Shown here piece after piece: positions 12,033-24,182 of a stretch of DNA of 64,000 nucleotides (positions are counted from its first letter, which is position 1; the number at the start of each line of letters is the position of its first letter). Made by a program: the position numbers and the translations under genes. The notes under the pieces were generated by a model. That model saw only the letters and a list, made by a program, of their open reading frames with translations, searched no databases and had not been told where the DNA came from. Location: positions 176,018,001 to 176,082,000 of the forward strand of contig NC_042998.1 of the NCBI RefSeq assembly GCF_006345805.1, read 5' to 3'. The stretch comes from Octopus sinensis (lineage: Eukaryota).

Positions 12033-13149
12033 CATATATATACACACATTTATATATATATACATATATATATACATATATATATACACATACACACACA
12101 CACATATATATATACCCACACCTACACATACACACATATATACATATATACATACATATACATACATACACACACACACATATATGTACATACATACACA
12201 TACACATACATATACATATACATATACACATGCACATACGTATAACTCTACATACCCACATATACATATATACATATATATATATATACACACATATATA
12301 TACATATATATATGTATATATACACACACATATATATACATCTACAATCTGTATATACACACACATACATGCACATACACATAACTCTACATACCTACAT
12401 ATACATCGACATACTCGCGTACACTCATATATATATATATATACACATCACATACACACCACACATACACACACACAGCTAGATATATATATATATATAT
12501 ATAATATATATATATAAAATAGATATATAGATATACATACACACACACACATAATATATATATATATAATATAATATATATACACACACAACACACCCAC
12601 ATACACATACATATATACTATATATATATACATATATATATATCAACAATTGAGGGTAAAGTTATTAGTTATTAATCAATTTCACCAAAGATTCAGTAGG
12701 TAAAAGGACCATATTTTTTTGAGTAAACATTGTCTGAGAGAAAATTTCTTTAAGTAGTGGAAAAGGCTAAAAAAACTATCTGGCTGCTATTTCTAGAAAG
12801 TTCAGTATGTGGCAAAGTAATTATTTTACTAAGCCCTAATTATATAAGATCTTATATATACATACACGTACATACACACATACATATACACATACATATG
12901 CATCACACATATACATATATACATATACACACCACCACACACACACATACATACATATATATATATATTTTTACATACATACACACACACACACACATAA
13001 TACATACTGCGTATATTCCTACTATACCCATACATTTCTATACATATATACGATACCCATATACAAGCGTGCACGTACAATATGTGAAGGTCTTAGGAGA
13101 AAGGTAGTCGGGGGTGCTAGGGGACGGTGGGATTGGGGGGGTTTTGTGG

Positions 13150-13417
13150 GTGGGGTGTCATCAATCTGGTTGCCGGGTAGGTCTAATAGTTCTTGTAGTT
13201 TGCATATTCTTATGCTTATGCATGCATTTGGGGAGAGTTCTGAGATCTTGTTAAGGAGAGGGCCTTTGGCGAACAAGATCTCTAGGCTCTCCGAAATGCA
13301 AAGGTCACAGCAGGTATGGCCTCCTGTGTACGAACGCGCCTTCTGTAGTAGTTTCCACTTGGTCTTGAAGGGGATGGAGTTCCTTTTAAGGTACCAGATG
13401 TGGGCGGCGAGGGTAGT
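13150..13417 (-). pseudogene. PLE GIY-YIG endonuclease C-terminal remnant
   Basis: TTLAAHIWYLKRNSIPFKTKWKLLQKARSYTGGHTCCDLCISESLEILFAKGPLLNKISEL matches the PLE pattern T-L-x-x-HIW-x-LK...I-x-W-x-I...C-x-LC-x-x-E...LLNK-x-SE. Confidence 0.85.
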
Positions 13418-13571
13418 TATATATGTATGTATGTATATGTATATGTGTATGTGTATGTATTTGTATGTGTATGCATGCGCGTATATGCATGTATATGTAT
13501 ACGTGTGGGTGTGTGTATGTGTGTATATATGTATGTATGTACGGGTGTATGTATGTATGTATGCGTATATG

Positions 13572-13618
<47 letters not shown>

Positions 13619-14064
13619 ATGTGTATATATGTATGTGTGTATATATATATGTATGTATGTATTTGTATGTAGGTGTATATGTATGTGTGTATATGTATTT
13701 ATTGGTGTATATGTATAGACTAGTCTTCTCAGATTGTAGACATGAATCTGTAGGTACGCGTACGTATGTGTATATACGTGTATGTATGTAGATGTATGTA
13801 TGTATGAATATACGCGTGCGTTGCGTGTATGTGTATGAGTGTACGAATGAGTGAGTGTGCATGCTAATGAGTGTGCGTGCGTGATTGAGTGCTTGTGTTC
13901 AAGTAGAAAGATAAAGGGACTAGCTGTCGTAGCCAATGCTTGTGACCAGCGGTCAAGATAACAAAAGTAATAAATTAAGATATTAAAATTAAAATTAGGG
14001 AATGGGTTTGTATTTGTATGTATATGTGTGTATGTGTAGGTATGAATAGGTACACATATGTATG

Positions 14065-14102
<38 letters not shown>

Positions 14103-14234
14103 TGTGTATATGTATATATGTTTGTGTGTGCATGTGTGTATGTGGATATGTGTGTGTATGTGTGTATGTGTATGTGTGATCGTGTGTGTGTATATATACA
14201 TGTGTGTGTGTATATGTATATGCATGTATATGTG

Positions 14235-14274
<40 letters not shown>

Positions 14275-14648
14275 GATATATGTATGTATATGTATGTGTG
14301 TATATATATATATATATGGGTGTGTGTGTATGTATGTGTGTAGGTATATGTGTGTGTGTGTGTATATATGTATACATATGTGTATAGGTATAAGTGAGAA
14401 TTTCCTTATTTACCTAAAACCTTTTTTTATTCTTTTATTTATTCTTCTATCTAATTTCCACTGACTCCTTGACCCTCCCCAAGTTGATTTTTTTGCGCTA
14501 TGCCTACCCCCAAAAAGTCCCCCACCACCACCCCTATAACCTGCCTAAATGTATAAATGCCAATACAATCTTGTTAACTAGCTTCCTGAAGATTTCTCTT
14601 GAATGAAAAACAGTTGTAGTCCTGTAGAGCTCCTTCTATATAATAAAT
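13418..14648. repeat. Right arm of long inverted repeat (partner 9582-10817)
   Basis: Reverse complement of the left arm; differences are mostly small indels. Confidence 0.9.
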
Positions 14649-14669
14649 ATATATATATTATATATATGT

Positions 14670-14715
<46 letters not shown>

Positions 14716-15017
14716 GTGTGTGTAACTTTTATGATATAGAGAAATCGAAAACAATAAAAATAATATTTTTTTGAATATTAATATATTGTTTTTACCTAAT
14801 TTCACAAATAAATATTGAAATAGATTGGGAAAATCTCATGTGTAAAAATTGCCGAACTATTTGTAGATAAATAACATCGATCATTCCCTAACCTGTCAAC
14901 TGTTCAAGCCAGATCATTTAAAAATCATGCGGGTTAGACAATCATACTAATGAAATTTGAAAACTGAAATTTCAAATTCAGACTTAACATGAACTAAATT
15001 AACATTGGTTTCAAACA

Positions 15018-15212
15018 TTTGTACAAGGCCAGCAATTTGTGGGAGGGGGTACGTCGATTACATCGACCTCAGTGCGCAACTGGTACATATTTTATCGACC
15101 ACGAAAAGATGAAAGACAGATTCAATCTCAGCGTGATTTGAACTCTGAACGTAAAGCCGAAATACTGCTAAGCTTCTAGCCCGATAGGCTAATGTTTCTG
15201 ACAGCTCGCCTT
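15018..15212 (-). mobile_element. Diverged SINE family 1 copy
   Basis: Reverse complement of the ggcgagctg...gagttcaaatc...tttcatc...gtaccagt consensus. Confidence 0.8.
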
Positions 15213-15244
15213 GTTAGACTGAATTAGCATTAAAATATAAAAGT

Positions 15245-15762
15245 GGAGGCGGCGAGCTGGCAGAATCGATAGCACGTCGGGCGAAATGCTTAGCGATATT
15301 TCGTCTGTCATTACGTTCTGAGTTCAAATTCCGCCGAGGTTGACTTTGCCTTTCATCCTTTCGGGTCGATAATTAAGTACCAGTTTACGCACTGGTCGAT
15401 GGTAATCGACTTAATACCTATGTCTGTCCTTGTTTTGTCTCCTCTGTGTTTGCCCCTTGTGGGTAATAAAGAAATAGGTATTTCGTCTGGCTTACGTTGT
15501 GAGTTCAAATTTCCGCCGTGGTCGACGTTGCTTTCATCATTTTCGGGGACGATAAATAAAGTACCAGTTTCGCACTGGGGTCGATGTAATCGACTTAATC
15601 CCTTTGTCTGTCCTTGTTTGTCCCCTCTATGTTTAGCCCTTTGTGGGTAATAAAGAAATAGGTATTTCGTCTGTCGCACTGGGGTCGATGTAATCGACTT
15701 AATCCCTTTGTCTGTCCTTGTTTGTCCTCTCTATGTTTAGCCCCTTGTGGGTAGTAAAGAAA
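15245..15762 (+). mobile_element. SINE family 1 with the 3' part tandemly triplicated
   Basis: Full copy 15245-15480, then repeats starting at gtatttcgtctg (~15478 and ~15662), each ending gtggg...taaagaaata. Confidence 0.9.
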
Positions 15763-17127
15763 TATATAAAAGTGGTGGATGAACCTCAACATTGAAAGAC
15801 TAAGTTGTGGTAAAATAACCACTTATAATTGGCTAAATAAGGAAGTATTTAGATAAGGCAAAAGTATTGCTGGAATATAACCATTAAGTTGTTTATATTT
15901 AGCATATCACTTATAAAACTTTTGGATATATTTTTATTGTTATTTTTATAAAAAGTATTCCTTTTTTAATAACACTCATAGCAATAAGATTTTCATTAAG
16001 AATATACCAGATAATCCGTCGGGATTAACAGCGTTGCGTCCTTTACGTAGTTTGTGGCTGCAATGATCCTTGAAGCATACACACACGCACACATGCACAT
16101 ACACACGCATGCACACACACATATACATGTATAGAAACATGCAAGCACACACATACACGTGCACACACACATATACACACTTATCGAGGACAGGTTCAAA
16201 CAACGGCAAGAAAACAGAAATAACTAGTGCTTTCCAATAAAAGTACATTTAGTTATGCTATGAGAATCGTTTTTAATTGGTGAAACTCGAAGTAGATAAG
16301 GCTATAAATAATAACGCTTAAGATGGAAATAATAACGCTTAGGGTGGAAAAAATCCTGTCTGCGACATTTCCATCCATAGAGTTTTTTTTTTTCAAAAAC
16401 CCAATATTTAAATGCTATTAGTAATAGCTTTATCTACTTCGCATTCCATCTTTAAAAACAATATATTTCACTCTGCGATGTTTGTTTCTCCGAATTGGAC
16501 ATATTTTTATTATCTATTATTTTTTTATTATTTTCACTGTGAGAAATGCATTGAAGTGGCTCAGTGTTTCCTATAAGAAGAAGGCCAGGTCATTTGGGTG
16601 GCGTGTAAAGTTTGAAAAGAAAGGCGAACAAATTGTTGGGCTAAATAAAATTTTTCATATTATAACCTCATCACAGCGAAGAAAGAATAATTATATGAAT
16701 AATTATATAGATGCAGACTCTATTTTATCATTTAGCGCTTCATTAATGAGGGGACAAAAATATCTTTAATGTTTTGGAATTTAACGTCTCGTCGGCTTGA
16801 GAATCAGTGAAATAGCGACAGGCTCATAGGAAACCTGTAACCAACGGCATTATTGCTCACCAATAATGAAATAATGAAATAAAGTAAATAACCATGTGAT
16901 ATTAAACTATAATTAGTGCCAATAGGACAGACTAGGCATAATTTATAAGAAATATTGATTTCTAACATTGACTAAAGGCCAAACAAACTAGGAGAGACAC
17001 CATAACAGCGGTCACCAAACCGTTTTTGTACAAAGGATCGGTTTCATGCCAGACGATTTCCCCCCAGACTGGTGGATCATGCGCACAACAAAACACAATA
17101 TACTGCTTCATATATACAGTTCAATTT

Positions 17128-17385
17128 AAGGCGGCCAACTGATAGAATCGTTGGCACGCCGGGCAAAATGCTTAGCGACATTTCATCCGTCTTTACCAGT
17201 GTCCGAAGTTTGAAAGTGTTTAGTTACAAAAAATTATTTTTTAAATCTTTCGGTCAAAAATTTATCAACTACAAGAAGATGAAAGGAAAAGTTGGCGGAA
17301 TTTGAACTCGAAACCTAAAAACGGATGAAATGCCGCCAAGCATATCGCTCGGCGTGCTAACGATTCTACTAAATCGCTGCATCTC
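17128..17385. mobile_element. Two SINE family 1 head fragments in opposite orientation
   Basis: ggcggccaactgatagaatcgttggcacgccgggc on the plus strand, and the reverse-complement head ending gctaacgattctac. Confidence 0.65.
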
Positions 17386-17668
17386 AAATCAAGATGATAT
17401 TGAAAAATATCTGTTACATGATTTCATACAAGGAAATTTTATGAAAAACATAAAAGCAATTAATGAAAAAAAATAGGTTATCGCATGTATTGCCATATAT
17501 CTTTATTTGGGCTCAAATATATATGAACATCTTTATACACACTTCAGTAGTGTGCGTGTGCGTGTATGTGTGTGTGTGCGCGTGTGTATGTGTGACTGTG
17601 TGTATACATGTATATATGCATGAATATGTGTATGTATTTATGGAAATTACACGCACATACTCAAGGGC

Positions 17669-17704
<36 letters not shown>

Positions 17705-17888
17705 TAGCATCTTTTATAAATAGAATATGATATTAACATTATAAGATATTGCCATTAAATGATTTAATTCAATAAATATTGCCAATAAAAATACATAAGA
17801 ATAAAATAAATTGTATTATAGATAGATTAAATTCTTCTTCATCTCATCGGTTCACCATATCTAACTAGTGGTCCCACTCTTCAATTTC

Positions 17889-18215
17889 TCATCATCATCA
17901 TCATCACCACCACCACCACATCATCATCGTCGTCGTCATCATTACCATCATCATCATCATCAACTCCTTAATTGCCTTCTTCTTCTTCTTCTTCTTCTTC
18001 TTCTTCTTCTTCTTCTTCTTCTTCTTCTTCTTCTCTTCTTCTTCTTCTTCTTTAAGTCCCCCCTTAAAATCCCATATTCATCGTTCTTGTGGCAAAAAAG
18101 ATTTTCCTCTTCCTTGACCTCCTTCTGCTTAATCTCTTCCTCATCCACATGATGATGATGATGATAGTAATAATAAACATAATAATGATAATTTTCATTT
18201 TAATTATTATTGTTA

Positions 18216-18246
<31 letters not shown>

Positions 18247-18267
18247 AATTATTATTATTATCATTAC

Positions 18268-18337
<70 letters not shown>

Positions 18338-18348
18338 GTTGTTGTTGC
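17889..18348. repeat. Compound trinucleotide microsatellites (TCA/CCA/TCG, TTC, ATT, GTT)
   Basis: Direct reading. Confidence 0.9.
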
Positions 18349-18615
18349 TTTACTATAACACCTATATTACATCTTTTCTACGATTTTATGTTTCGATTAA
18401 TTAGATTAACTCTTCAATTAATGCCACGAAGCATTTTTGATAATGTTTAAGCAATAGGGGTTTAGTGAAATAGCAACTAGTCGATGCTCTTTCGTGTGTT
18501 TTGTTGCCTTTCAATAGCTCCAAAATGGCGAACAGGAAGAGGGAGGAAAAATAAGCGCTAAATATGTTTATATATTTTCAATTCTAGCTCGTAAAATGTT
18601 CTTTCCTTATTCTTC

Positions 18616-18662
<47 letters not shown>

Positions 18663-19475
18663 TACATATTTGCATAGTACACACACACACACTCACACAC
18701 ACACATACATACACACATACATGTGTATATATACATATATATATTATATATACATACACATATTTATATATGTGCTTGCGTATGTGAGTGTGTATAACTG
18801 CATGCATTCATACATTCATAGTAACTTGCATACTTCCATTCAAGCACACATACAACCTTCTATTCATACAAACATATATATATATATATATGCATGTATG
18901 CGTAAATATACACACACATCAAAACACACAAACGTTCATGGTGTGTGTATACGTGTTTTTGCCTCTTTATGCATGTGTGTATGAAAGTTTTCTAACGTGT
19001 GCTCGTACGTATGCCTTCATGTATGTGTGTATGTATATATGTATGCACCGGTGAAAGTTTTTGTACACACACACACATACACACACACACACCCGCCCGC
19101 ACACACACGCGCTCACAAACATACACATACACACACATATACTTATGTAAGTGTATGCCTAGGAAATATATTTGTACATATATACATATGTATTAGTATA
19201 TTTGGTTATACACACGGGAGAAAGGAACGTGTATGCATAAAACAGGATATACTATACATAATCTTTTATTAGAATATGTTATAGCTTGGCACGAAAATCC
19301 AGTCCTCCGAGTCACTCTTATACAATTTCGTCTTATAAGAATTATATATACACATTCATACATTCGTGTGTGCATACACACCGTACATAAACATATATAT
19401 GTACATATATATGTACATATATATGTACATATATATATATTATATATATATATATATATTATATATATATATATA

Positions 19476-19508
<33 letters not shown>

Positions 19509-19758
19509 TCACATACACATATGTGTGTGTATATGTTATATATAAATGCATGTTTATATACATGTACATGTTTATGTATGTAGGTTTACAATGTGGGTGC
19601 TGGGATGGGTGATTATGTTTATACCCATATTCGTATTTGATGTTTTTGACCTTTTAGTTTTTAATTATATTTATTCATAAATAGTAATGATTACATACGA
19701 GTAAATAAACATATATACGCATACACATATGTTTTTACAAATATTGTGAATGTGTGCG

Positions 19759-19802
<44 letters not shown>

Positions 19803-20191
19803 CACACACGAATGTATGAATGTGTATATATAATTCTTATATATGTGTGTATGCATATGTGTGTATGTATATGTGTACACATGTACTGTAATTGTTTTTG
19901 TGTGCTATCATTCTGTATCGATATTTTGAATGTATGAAATATGGTAATGTAGGTTATTTTTCGTTGGAGCACTTTAATGATTTCATTTAAATTAAAATCA
20001 TATATTTATTTATACTTCATATATTTGTTTATCCCCAGCCTACGTATAATGCATAGCTTTAGAAAAACTTGCATACACATTTGGATAAACACGCACGCAG
20101 ACACATGAACATACATACATAAATGCACACACATATATACTCATGCATATATAAGTATATTTATGCATATATGAATCTATATATGCCTACG

Positions 20192-20223
<32 letters not shown>

Positions 20224-20408
20224 ATTGACGGACTACATTTTCTTTTGAATCGCATTATGTGCCTTATTTATATGCCTGTTTCCATTAATAAATATTATGT
20301 AGGAACACATGCATGTATACATCTATCAACACACATATACAAATATGAAGATGTATTTAAGTGTACGTGTGCATGTTTTCAATGTATGTATGTATGTATG
20401 TATGTATG

Positions 20409-20439
<31 letters not shown>

Positions 20440-20753
20440 GTATGTATGTATGTATGTATGTATGTATGTATGTATGTATGTATGTATGTATGTATTTATG
20501 TATACATGTATATATGTATGAAGCTATGTATGTATGTGCAACCCCTTGACTGCATAAAATGTATGATAAAAGAGTACTTAATAGTAAAAGTAGAATATTA
20601 TACATTTTGAACGATGGAATTTTACAAATCGTTACTCGGAGTTTTTGTCTGATTTTCAATTGATCGCCCGAAGGTTTAAACGAGAGACATTTAGAAACGA
20701 TTTGTAAAAATTTTGTTACTCATAGATAGATAGGTAGATATATATATATATAC

Positions 20754-20787
<34 letters not shown>

Positions 20788-20839
20788 TATATATATTATA
20801 TATATATATATATATTATATATATTATATATATATATAT

Positions 20840-20903
<64 letters not shown>

Positions 20904-20908
20904 GATAG

Positions 20909-20966
<58 letters not shown>

Positions 20967-22074
20967 TAATTGATAGATAGGTGCATACATCATAGTACAT
21001 ATATACATACACTTATACACGTATATTCATATTTACACATAGATATGTATATGTATATATATATGTATTATATATATATATGTATGTGTGTGTGTGTGCA
21101 TATATAATATATACACTCATATACATATATACACACACATACATACACACATATACATACACTCATATACATATATACACATATACATACACGCATATAC
21201 ATAATACAAATACAAGTATTTCTACGTTTTGATCGTATGTATGTGGAAGGATAGGTGGACATATCTACGTATATTTAAATGTCCTCCTATGTGTTCGTGT
21301 ATCTCTGTAGCTTTGTAAATTTGCTTTTTTATATATGTTCGTGGGCTTATATGGATATGTTTGCGCACTTAGGTTTTGTGTGTGAGCATGTGTTTGCGTT
21401 TGTGTGTGTGCGTGTGTATTTATATTCGTGTCTGTGTTTTATTTGAGCATGTGGATTCAAATAATATCTGTAAATATCAGACATCGATGCTACATTTGTG
21501 TATCTAGAAATATGATTAGATTTGGTTTAAAAGGAAATTAAAAACCACCAAATCGTTTCTATCTAATAATAAATAACAACCAACCAACAAACAAAGAACG
21601 TACAAAGATCTGAAAACAGAATTAATAAAATGTAATAAATATAGCGACATGCTGATATATTAATGGCAAATATAAAACATTCACTATATTCTATATGTTT
21701 GTTACAAATCTAGTTGATAGTGTTTCAGATCAGTAATAAACAATAATATTTTGATTTATAATTAAGGGTTCTTAGATAGAAGGTCAGAGGTTTATAGGTT
21801 TGGAAAGATAACGTATTTCGGACATTCTCTTTTCTTTGATGCGACTGGTTAAGTTTTGTGTCGTAAATTTCGGATTACTATCTTTTCCTCCCCCCTCTCT
21901 CTATTTCTCTTTATTTTTTTGTTCACGGGGATCAAACCCCAAGTATGGGTTTTGAAATAGTATTTCACTTGCTGTGTGATGTTAGCCACCACTTCTTTCC
22001 CAATAAATAAATTCTAGATAACAGAGTCTTCCGGAAAGGAGAATAGTATCTTGTGATGTCACGCGTTATCTAGT

Positions 22075-22185
22075 CATTAGGGTATTGGGCTCGCGATCGT
22101 AAGGTAGTGAGTTCGATTTCCCAGATCGAGTGGCGTGTTGTGTCCTTGGGCAAGCACTTCATTTCACGTTGCTCCAATATTCTCC
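22075..22185 (+). mobile_element. tRNA-type SINE head of a different family
   Basis: B-box-like gagttcgatttc followed by gttgtgtccttgggcaagcacttcatttcacgttgctcca. Confidence 0.6.
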
Positions 22186-23069
22186 ACTGCTCAAGCAGTG
22201 GAGGGGTGTATTCTCAGTCGCTTAGACGCACTACAGACAAAAATATGCTCCGGCTTAAAGGCCCAATGGCTTAATGGGCCTGTGCGCTAGAGATAAAGTT
22301 CATTTATTGTCTTTCACAAGTTATTAGTGATAACTTATGTAAGTTTTGATTTCCAGAATACAACATGCTACAAAAAAGAGGTAGAGTGAAATAACAACTG
22401 GATTTGAGTGACATTTAACTGTTATGTCGCTACACCTGTTATTTGTATGTAGAGCAAATTCGCCTCAAATTAGATCCCACTATCTTGTTAAAGACAAGGG
22501 CAGACTAGATAATGTAGTCATAGAAACACAATGTCAAAAATTAGAAGGAACTGTCAAGAATGGAACACTTTTGATCATTACTCGTCTTGATCAGAACTGA
22601 CACGGGGTTAAAAAACAACAGCAAAAGCTATAACAACAGTTATTCTGTGTTGCATGTTACTATTGCTTCTACAGAATTACACATCTTTTGCGCATACATT
22701 TTTGTTGAACTTTAGAAATTCGCTGTGCTTTTCAAAATGTTTCTCTATCGAACAGACATATTAAATTTACTGTATGCACCAAGTAATCTGTGTATTTAAA
22801 TAGGAAGCAAATATCAAAAGAAAAATATTTGTTAAATGGTGATTGAAAATATTAATTTATGAAATTTAAAAAAAGTTATTGAATAAATAAAACAACAAAT
22901 GTTCTTTTCAGCTAAATTACAAGTGCATCAAATTGAAAATTAGTTCGTAATATATCTTCTCATCGATACAAAAATAGAGAAGTTTGCAATTCTGCTGCCA
23001 TTAATGCTTCGTTCCTAGTTGAATTTCAATTGTCTCTTTTTGATTTATACTTTTTAATATAAAGAAAAA

Positions 23070-23387
23070 TCAGCGGCAAAAATGTGCATATCGAATTATT
23101 TTTGAGCTTATCGATCCATATTGTGTTTGGTTTAACCCGGAGGAAGAGGCTGTACTAATATCTGTCACAGACCCTTCGATGCCATTCAGGTTGACCTGAT
23201 TCACTTCTAATATATGAGATGAGAGGGAATTCCAGGAAGAAAGTTGTCGAAAGGAAGAATTAGACAGAGTAGATATTACAGGACAAGGAGTGGACAAAAT
23301 ATGAGCGAGGAGAATGAGAAATGAATGAGTTGAGAGTGTATGAGATGAAGTAGGATGAAACGAGTCACCTCCGAGGAGAAACTACTC

Positions 23388-23422
<35 letters not shown>

Positions 23423-23473
23423 CTGGTGGTGGTAGTAGTAGTAGCAGCATCAATAGTAGTAGTAGTATTAAGT

Positions 23474-23522
<49 letters not shown>

Positions 23523-24060
23523 TACTAGTAGTACTAGTAGTAGTAGTGGTAGTACTAGTAGTAGTAGTAGTAGTGGGAAGGGGAGAAATAACAGTAGCAG
23601 CAGTAGTAGTAGTAGTATTAGTATTAGTAGTAGTAGTAGTAGTAGTAGCAGAGAATGCAGAGAGAAGAGACAGCTCCTCTATGGGCGAGAATTTTGGATT
23701 GTAGATGACAAATTAACAAAATCGTAAACTTGGGAAGACCGAGGTTGATAGAATGTGAGAAACATAACACCAACAACACATGGCACGATGGTGCAATCTT
23801 ACTGGGAAAACATCGCTCTAAAGAACAAGAAATGGATAGAGCTCATACGCGGGAAGTTTTGCCTTGAAATTTGCGTGCAGACAAAAAGAACTTCGCTAAT
23901 ATGAAGGTGTTAACATTTGTTTTCACCAGTTTATCGAGTGAAAAACTCCACTGATGAGTGATATAGATGAGTAAGTCTTCAATATATCTAACATTACGAA
24001 AGCCATAATAATACTCATTAAGGAAGAAGAGGGATTCGAATAATTGGGGAAGATTCAATT
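23070..24060 (-). pseudogene. Decayed CR1/Jockey-type LINE ORF2 fragment interrupted by a (TAG)n tract
   Basis: YYGFRNVRYIEDLLIYITHQW (cf. QYGFRxxRSTxDLL), SHSINLGLP (cf. INSGVPQG) and SWNSLSSHI (cf. LWNSLP). Confidence 0.6.
23388..23648. repeat. (TAG)n microsatellite with TGG/TAC/CAG variants
   Basis: Direct reading. Confidence 0.95.
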
Positions 24061-24182
24061 ATATTGGAAAAGAGAACGCGTACACTTTTAATATCCTTCG
24101 AGAATAATCAAATTATTGCTGTTTAGCTCCAAAATAATCTCCAATTGTGTGATTGTCTCATTTCTTCTTCTAATCGGTTCTT

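Larger units (their letters stand above)
9515..14648 (-). mobile_element. 5'-truncated Penelope-like element with inverted pLTR-like arms and microsatellite-expanded interior
   Basis: ~1.2-kb inverted arms, a GIY-YIG C-terminal remnant, and a CUGAAGA...GAAAC motif near each outer end. Confidence 0.7.

Noticed and set aside
9771-14387. Long ORFs rich in Y/I/H/T or V/C/M (e.g. 11175-12245 and most of 13022-14377)
   Set aside because: These are translations of (TA)/(CA) microsatellite, which lacks stop codons in some frames. Only 13150-13417 is protein-derived.
23414-23704. Poly-Val ORF, and similar poly-L/I/S/N/H ORFs elsewhere
   Set aside because: Trinucleotide microsatellites, with no splice or homology support.
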